A stretch of 64,000 nucleotides of DNA from positions 137,082,001 through 137,146,000 of the forward strand of contig OZ024743.1 of assembly GCA_964016885.1 (NCBI GenBank), in the 5' to 3' direction. Shown here one piece after another: positions 55,950 to 64,000 of this stretch. Numbering within the stretch: position 1 is the first letter of the stretch; each line of letters opens with the position of its first letter. Made by a program: the position numbers and the translations under genes. Source of the stretch: Eledone cirrhosa (lineage: Eukaryota). The notes beneath the pieces are model-generated. The model saw nothing but the letters and a program-made list of their open reading frames with translations, had not been told where the DNA came from and did not search any database.

Positions 55950-58900
55950 CCAAGCACCAAGCACCAAACACCAAACACCAAGCACCAAGCACCAAGCACC
56001 AAACACCAGATGCCAAGCACCAAGCACCAAACACCTAACACCAAGCACCAAGCACCAAGCACCAAGCACCAAACACCAAGCACCAATCACCAAACACCAA
56101 GCACCAAGCACCAAACACCAAGCACCAAACACCAGATACCAAGCACCAAGCACCAAACACCAAACACCAAGCACCAAGCAGCAAACACCAAACAACAAGC
56201 ACCAGGCACCAAGCACCAAACACCAAACACCAAGCACGCAGCATCAAACACCAAGCACCAAGCACCAAGCACCAAACACCAATCACCAAGCACCAAGCAC
56301 CAAGTACCAAACACCAACCACCAAGCACCAAACAACAAGCAGCAGGCACCAAGCACCAAACACCAAACACCAAGCACGCAGCACCAAACACCAAGCACCA
56401 AGCACCAAACACCAATCACCTAGCACCAAGCACCAAACACCAAACACCAAACACCAAGCACCAAGAACCAAACACCAAACACCAAACAGCAAGCACCAAG
56501 CACCAAACACCAAGCACCAAACACCAAACCCCAAGCACCAATCACCAAACACTAATCACCAAGCACCAAGCACCAAACACCAAGCACCAAGCAGCAAGCA
56601 CCAAACACCAAGCACCAAGCACCAAGCACCAAGCACCAAGCACCAATCACCAAACACCAAGCACCAAGCACCAAACACCAAGCACCAGGCACCAAGCACC
56701 AAACACCAAGCACCAAACACCAAGCACCAAGCACCAAACACCAAGCACCAAGACCGAAGCACCAAACACCAAGCACCAAACTCCAAACACAAAACACCAA
56801 GCACCAAGCAGCAAGCACCAAGCACCAAACACCAATCACCTAGCACCAAGCACCAAACACCAAACACCAAACACCAAGCACCAAGAACCAAACACCAAAC
56901 ACCAAACAGCAAGCACCAAGCACCAAACACCAAGCACCAAACACCAAACCCCAAGCACCAATCACCAAACACTAATCACCATGCACCAAGCACCAAACAC
57001 CAAGCACCAAGCAGCAAGCACCAAACACCAAGCACCAAGCACCAAGCACCAAGCACCAAGCACCAAGCACCAAACACCAAGCACCAAACACCAAACAACA
57101 AGAACCAGGCACCAAGCACCAAACACCAAACACCAAGCACCAAGCACCAAAGACCAAGCACCAAGCGCCAAGCACCAAGTACCAAACACCAAACACCAAG
57201 CACCAAACACCAAACACCAAGCACCAAGCACCAAGCACGAAACACCAGGCACCAAGCACCAAGCACAAAACACCAAACACCAAGCACCAAACACCAGCCA
57301 CCAAGCACCAAGCACCAAACACCAAACACCAAGCACTATGCACCAAACACCAAACAACAAGCACCAGGCACCAAGCACCAAACGCCAAACACCAAGCACG
57401 CAGCACCAAACACCAAGCACCAAGCACCAAGCACCAAACACCAAGCACCAAGCACCAAGCACCAAACACCAAACACCAAACACCAAGCACCAAGAACCAA
57501 ACCCCAAACACCAAACAGCAAGCACCAAGCACCAAACACCAAGCACCAAACACCAAACCCCAAGCACCAATCACCAAACACTAATCAACAAGCACCAAGC
57601 ACCAAACACGAAGCACCAAGCAGCAAGCACCAAACACCAAGCACCAAGCACCAAGCACCAAGCACCAAACACCAAGCACCAAGCACCAAACACCAAACCT
57701 CAAGCACCAAAGACCAAGCACCAAGCACCAAGCACCAAGCACCAAACACCAAGCACCAAGCACCAAACACCAAACACCAAACACCAAGCACCAAGCACCA
57801 AACAGCAAGCACCAAACACCAAACAACAAACAGCAAACGCCAAACACCAAGCACCAAGCACCAAGCACCAAACACCAAGCACCAAGCACCAAGCAAAAAT
57901 CAGCAAACACCAAGCACCAAGGACCAAACATCAAACACCAAGCAGCAAGCACCAAACACCGAACACCAAACACCGAACACCAATCACCAAGCACCAAGCA
58001 CAAAGCACCGAACACCAAGCACCAAACACCAAGCACCAAACACCAAGCACCAAACACCAAGCACCAGGCACCAAGCACCAAACACCAAGCACCATGCACC
58101 AAACACCAAGCACCAAGCACGAAGCACCAAACACCAAGCACCAAACACCAAACACTTAACACCAAGAACCAAGCACCAAGCACCAAACACCAAGCACCAA
58201 ACACCAAACACCAAGCACCAAGTATCAAACACCAAGCACCAAGCACCAAACACCAAGCACCAAACACCAAACACCAAGCACCAAACACCAGCCACCAAGC
58301 ACCAAGCACCAAACACCAAACACCAAGCACTAAGCACCAAACACCAAACAACAAGCAGCAGGCACCAAGCACCAAACACCAAACACCAAGCACGCAGCAC
58401 CAAACACCAAGCACCAAGCACCAAACACCAATCACCTAGCACCAAGCACCAAACACCAAACACCAAACACCAAGCACCAAGAACCAAACACCAAACACCA
58501 AACAGCAAGCACCAAGCACCAAACACCAAGCACCAAACACCAAACCCCAAGCACCAATCACCAAACACTAATCACCAAGCACCAAGCACCAAACACCAAG
58601 CACCAAGCACCAAGCACCAAGCACCAAGCACCAAGCACCAAACACCAAGCACCAAGCACCAAACATCAAACACCAAACACCAAGCACCAAGCACCAAACA
58701 GCAAGCACCAAATACCAAGCACCAAACACCAAGCACCAAACACCAAGCCCCACGCACCAAGCACCAAACACCAAACACCAAGCACCAAGCACCAAACACT
58801 AATCACCAAGCACCAAGCCCCTAGCACCAAACACCAAACACCAATCAAAAAGCACAAAACACCAAGCACCAATCACCAAGCACCAAACACCTAGCAGCAA

Positions 58901-61900
58901 GCAGCAAGCACCAAACACCAAACACAAAGCACCAAGCACCAAATACCAAACACCAAGCACCAAGGTCCAAACATCAAACACCAAGCACCAAACGCCTAAC
59001 ACCAAGCACCAAGCACCAAGCACCAAGCACCAAACACAAAAAACCAAGCACCAAGCACCAAGCAGCAAACACCAAACACCAAGCACCATGCACCAAGCAC
59101 CAAACACCAAACACCAAGCACCAAACAACAGATACCAAGCACCAAGCACCAAAGACCAAACACCAAGCCCCAAGCACCAAACACCAAACAACAAGAACCA
59201 GGCACCAAGCACCAAACACCAAACACCAAGCACCAAGCACCAAACACCAAACACCAAGCACGCAGCATCAAACACCAAGCACCAAGCACCAAGCACCAAA
59301 GACCAAGCACCAAGCACCAAGCACCAAGTACCAAACACCAAACACCAAGCACCAAACACCAAACACCAAGCACCAAGCACCAAGCACGAAACACCAGGCA
59401 CCAAGCACCAAGCACAAAACACCAAACACCAAGCACCAAACACCAGCCACCAAGCACCAAGCACCAAACACCAAACACCAAGCACTATGCACCAAACACC
59501 AAACAACAAGCACCAGGCACCAAGCACCAAACGCCAAACACCAAGCACGCAGCACCAAACACCAAGCACCAAGCACCAAGCACCAAACACCAAGCACCAA
59601 GCACCAAGCACCAAACACCAAACACCAAACACCAAGCACCAAGAACCAAACACCAAACACCAAACAGCAAGCACCAAGCACCAAACACCAAACACCAAGC
59701 ACCAAACACCAGCCACCAAGCACCAAGCACCAAACACCAAACACCAAGCACTAAGCACCAAACACCAAACAACAAGCAGCAGGCACCAAGCACCAAACAC
59801 CAAACACCAAGCACGCAGCACCAAACACCAAGCACCAAGCACCAAACACCCATCACCTAGCACCAAGCACCAAACACCAAACACCAAACAGCAAGCACCA
59901 AGAACCAAACACCAAGCACCAAACACCAAGCACCAAGCACCAAACACCAAACACCAAGCACCAAGCACCAAGCACCAAACACCAGATACCAAGCACCAAG
60001 CACCAAACACCTAACACCAAGCACCAAGCACCAAGCACCAAGCACCAAACACCAAGCACCAATCACCAAACACCAAGCACCAAGCACCAAACACCAAGCA
60101 CCAAACACCAGATACCAAGCACCAAGCACCAAACACCAAACACCAAGCACCAAGCAGCAAACACCAAACAACAAGCACCAGGCACCAAGCACCAAACACC
60201 AAACACCAAGCACGCAGCATCAAACACCAAGCACCAAGCACCAAGCACCAAACACCAATCACCAAGCACCAAGCACCAAGTACCAAACACCAACCACCAA
60301 GCACCAAACAACAAGCAGCAGGCACCAAGCACCAAACACCAAACACCAAGCACGCAGCACCAAACACCAAGCACCAAGCACCAAACACCAATCACCTAGC
60401 ACCAAGCACCAAACACCAAACACCAAACACCAAGCACCAAGAACCAAACACCAAACACCAAACAGCAAGCACCAAGCACCAAACACCAAGCACCAAACAC
60501 CAAACCCCAAGCACCAATCACCAAACACTAATCACCAAGCACCAAGCACCAAACACCAAGCACCAAGCAGCAAGCACCAAACACCAAGCACCAAGCACCA
60601 AGCACCAAGCACCAAGCACCAATCACCAAACACCAAGCACCAAGCACCAAACACCAAGCACCAGGCACCAAGCACCAAACACCAAGCACCAAACACCAAG
60701 CACCAAGCACCAAACACCAAGCACCAAGACCGAAGCACCAAACACCAAGCACCAAACTCCAAACACAAAACACCAAGCACCAAGCAGCAAGCACCAAGCA
60801 CCAAACACCAATCACCTAGCACCAAGCACCAAACACCAAACACCAAACACCAAGCACCAAGAACCAAACACCAAACACCAAACAGCAAGCACCAAGCACC
60901 AAACACCAAGCACCAAACACCAAACCCCAAGCACCAATCACCAAACACTAATCACCATGCACCAAGCACCAAACACCAAGCACCAAGCAGCAAGCACCAA
61001 ACACCAAGCACCAAGCACCAAGCACCAAGCACCAAGCACCAAGCACCAAACACCAAGCACCAAACACCAAACAACAAGAACCAGGCACCAAGCACCAAAC
61101 ACCAAACACCAAGCACCAAGCACCAAAGACCAAGCACCAAGCGCCAAGCACCAAGTACCAAACACCAAACACCAAGCACCAAACACCAAACACCAAGCAC
61201 CAAGCACCAAGCACGAAACACCAGGCACCAAGCACCAAGCACAAAACACCAAACACCAAGCACCAAACACCAGCCACCAAGCACCAAGCACCAAACACCA
61301 AACACCAAGCACTATGCACCAAACACCAAACAACAAGCACCAGGCACCAAGCACCAAACGCCAAACACCAAGCACGCAGCACCAAACACCAAGCACCAAG
61401 CACCAAGCACCAAACACCAAGCACCAAGCACCAAGCACCAAACACCAAACACCAAACACCAAGCACCAAGAACCAAACCCCAAACACCAAACAGCAAGCA
61501 CCAAGCACCAAACACCAGGCACCAAACACCAAACCCCAAGCACCAATCACCAAACACTAATCAACAAGCACCAAGCACCAAACACGAAGCACCAAGCAGC
61601 AAGCACCAAACACCAAGCACCAAGCACCAAGCACCAAGCACCAAACACCAAGCACCAAGCACCAAACACCAAACCTCAAGCACCAAAGACCAAGCACCAA
61701 GCACCAAGCACCAAGCACCAAACACCAAGCACCAAGCACCAAACACCAAACACCAAACACCAAGCACCAAGCACCAAACAGCAAGCACCAAACACCAAAC
61801 AACAAACAGCAAACGCCAAACACCAAGCACCAAGCACCAAGCACCAAACACCAAGCACCAAGCACCAAGCAAAAATCAGCAAACACCAAGCACCAAGGAC

Positions 61901-63890
61901 CAAACATCAAACACCAAGCAGCAAGCACCAAACACCGAACACCAAACACCGAACACCAATCACCAAGCACCAAGCACAAAGCACCGAACACCAAGCACCA
62001 AACACCAAGCACCAAACACCAAGCACCAAACACCAAGCACCAGGCACCAAGCACCAAACACCAAGCACCATGCACCAAACACCAAGCACCAAGCACGAAG
62101 CACCAAACACCAAGCACCAAACACCAAACACTTAACACCAAGAACCAAGCACCAAGCACCAAACACCAAGCACCAAACACCAAACACCAAGCACCAAGTA
62201 TCAAACACCAAGCACCAAGCACCAAACACCAAGCACCAAACACCAAACACCAAGCACCAAACACCAGCCACCAAGCACCAAGCACCAAACACCAAACACC
62301 AAGCACTAAGCACCAAACACCAAACAACAAGCAGCAGGCACCAAGCACCAAACACCAAACACCAAGCACGCAGCACCAAACACCAAGCACCAAGCACCAA
62401 ACACCAATCACCTAGCACCAAGCACCAAACACCAAACACCAAACACCAAGCACCAAGAACCAAACACCAAACACCAAACAGCAAGCACCAAGCACCAAAC
62501 ACCAAGCACCAAACACCAAACCCCAAGCACCAATCACCAAACACTAATCACCAAGCACCAAGCACCAAACACCAAGCACCAAGCACCAAGCACCAAGCAC
62601 CAAGCACCAAGCACCAAACACCAAGCACCAAGCACCAAACATCAAACACCAAACACCAAGCACCAAGCACCAAACAGCAAGCACCAAATACCATGCACCA
62701 AACACCAAGCACCAAACACCAAGCCCCACGCACCAAGCACCAAACACCAAACACCAAGCACCAAGCACCAAACACTAATCACCAAGCACCAAGCCCCTAG
62801 CACCAAACACCAAACACCAATCAAAAAGCACAAAACACCAAGCACCAATCACCAAGCACCAAACACCTAGCAGCAAGCAGCAAGCACCAAACACCAAACA
62901 CAAAGCACCAAGCACCAAATACCAAACACCAAGCACCAAGGTCCAAACATCAAACACCAAGCACCAAACGCCTAACACCAAGCACCAAGCACCAAGCACC
63001 AAGCACCAAACACAAAAAACCAAGCACCAAGCACCAAGCAGCAAACACCAAACACCAAGCACCATGCACCAAGCACCAAACACCAAACACCAAGCACCAA
63101 ACAACAGATACCAAGCACCAAGCACCAAAGACCAAACACCAAGCCCCAAGCACCAAACACCAAACAACAAGAACCAGGCACCAAGCACCAAACACCAAAC
63201 ACCAAGCACCAAGCACCAAACACCAAACACCAAGCACGCAGCATCAAACACCAAGCACCAAGCACCAAGCACCAAAGACCAAGCACCAAGCACCAAGCAC
63301 CAAGTACCAAACACCAAACACCAAGCACCAAACACCAAACACCAAGCACCAAGCACCAAGCACGAAACACCAGGCACCAAGCACCAAGCACAAAACACCA
63401 AACACCAAGTACCAAACACCAGCCACCAAGCACCAAGCACCAAACACCAAACACCAAGCACTATGCACCAAACACCAAACAACAAGCACCAGGCACCAAG
63501 CACCAAACGCCAAACACCAAGCACGCAGCACCAAACACCAAGCACCAAGCACCAAGCACCAAACACCAAGCACCAAGCACCAAGCACCAAACACCAAACA
63601 CCAAACACCAAGCACCAAGAACCAAACACCAAACACCAAACAGCAAGCACCAAGCACCAAACACCAAACACCAAGCACCAAACACCAGCCACCAAGCACC
63701 AAGCACCAAACACCAAACACCAAGCACTAAGCACCAAACACCAAACAACAAGCAGCAGGCACCAAGCACCAAACACCAAACACCAAGCACGCAGCACCAA
63801 ACACCAAGCACCAAGCACCAAACACCCATCACCTAGCACCAAGCACCAAACACCAAACACCAAACAGCAAGCACCAAGAACCAAACACCA
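55950..63890 (+). repeat. Higher-order tandem duplication, period 3976 bp (568 monomers), near-identical copies
   Basis: Constant 3976 offset for ORF pairs 56035/60011, 56981/60957, 57581/61557, 58799/62775 and 59485/63461. Substitutions seen at 56012/59988, 57542/61518, 58718/62694 and 59434/63410. Confidence 0.95.
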
Positions 63891-64000
63891 AACACCAAAC
63901 AGCAAGCACCAAGCACCAAACACCAAGCACCAAACACCAAACCCCAAGCACCAATCACCAAACACTAATCACCAAGCACCAAGCACCAAACACCAAGCAC

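Larger units (their letters stand above)
1..64000 (+). repeat. Heptamer satellite array (CACCAAG/CACCAAA)n, about 9,100 monomers, open at both window edges
   Basis: The sequence parses into 7-mers from base 1 (CAGCAAA CACCAAG CATCAAA CACCAAA...) to the end (CACCAAG at 63991). T occurs on the + strand only in variant monomers. All six frames translate to one 7-aa periodic peptide per strand. No reverse-orientation monomers were seen. Confidence 0.99.

Noticed and set aside
56410-56556. 147-bp lengths (this module and the extra segment near 23.9-24.1 kb) matching nucleosome core size
   Set aside because: 147 is simply 21 monomers, the module boundaries are my choice, and no regular 147-bp periodicity is visible.
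17-63965. Hundreds of minus-strand ORFs resembling Cys/Trp-rich membrane proteins (WCLVLGA repeats)
   Set aside because: The same peptide appears in all three overlapping frames, the DNA period is 7 rather than a multiple of 3, and starts and stops are incidental variant monomers. These are satellite translation artefacts.
1-64000. CRISPR array
   Set aside because: There are no constant 23-50 bp repeats separated by unique spacers, no leader and no cas genes. All intervening sequence is the same heptamer.
1-64000. Bacterial heptamer repeats such as cyanobacterial STRR
   Set aside because: Unit length is similar, but those tracts are short and lie between genes. A gene-free array of at least 64 kb with higher-order structure fits eukaryotic-type satellite better, although the host cannot be proven here.
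1-64000. Array being direct, fresh telomerase product
   Set aside because: Rare variants and the G/A pattern are copied in kb-long blocks, which requires DNA-templated duplication rather than monomer-by-monomer synthesis.
1-64000. Stable G-quadruplex or hairpin/terminator structures
   Set aside because: The - strand has mostly GG doublets with 5-nt loops (at best weak two-tier G4), and the T-poor + strand has almost no self-complementarity. No inverted repeats were seen.
1-64000. Pure sequencing artefact (low-complexity polymerase or basecaller stutter)
   Set aside because: Reproducible rare variants, a preserved register and nested duplications with small divergences indicate real evolved DNA, although exact copy numbers could be misassembled.

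Overview
The whole 64-kb window is one uninterrupted, single-orientation tandem array of a 7-bp monomer, CACCAAR (+ strand CACCAAG/CACCAAA; - strand CTTGGTG/TTTGGTG), about 9,100 copies (64000/7). I found no unique sequence, no credible protein-coding or RNA gene, no mobile element and no CRISPR array. All ORFs in the track are read-through of the heptamer (STKHQAP/NTKHQTP on +, WCLVLGA/WCLVFGV on -). The informative structure is internal. Position 7 is a G/A dimorphism. Rare variant monomers act as landmarks and reveal nested higher-order repeats: roughly 0.4-kb sub-repeats, adjacent duplications with periods of about 1.46, 2.05, 2.5, 2.6, 3.98, 4.28 and 4.49 kb, and a long-range collinear match between about 1-20 kb and about 28.6-38 kb. 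The strand asymmetry and 7-bp unit are telomere-like, but the hierarchy points to recombinational satellite amplification. Organism and chromosomal position cannot be determined from this window. Duplication boundaries are approximate because they were read by eye and from ORF-track offsets.
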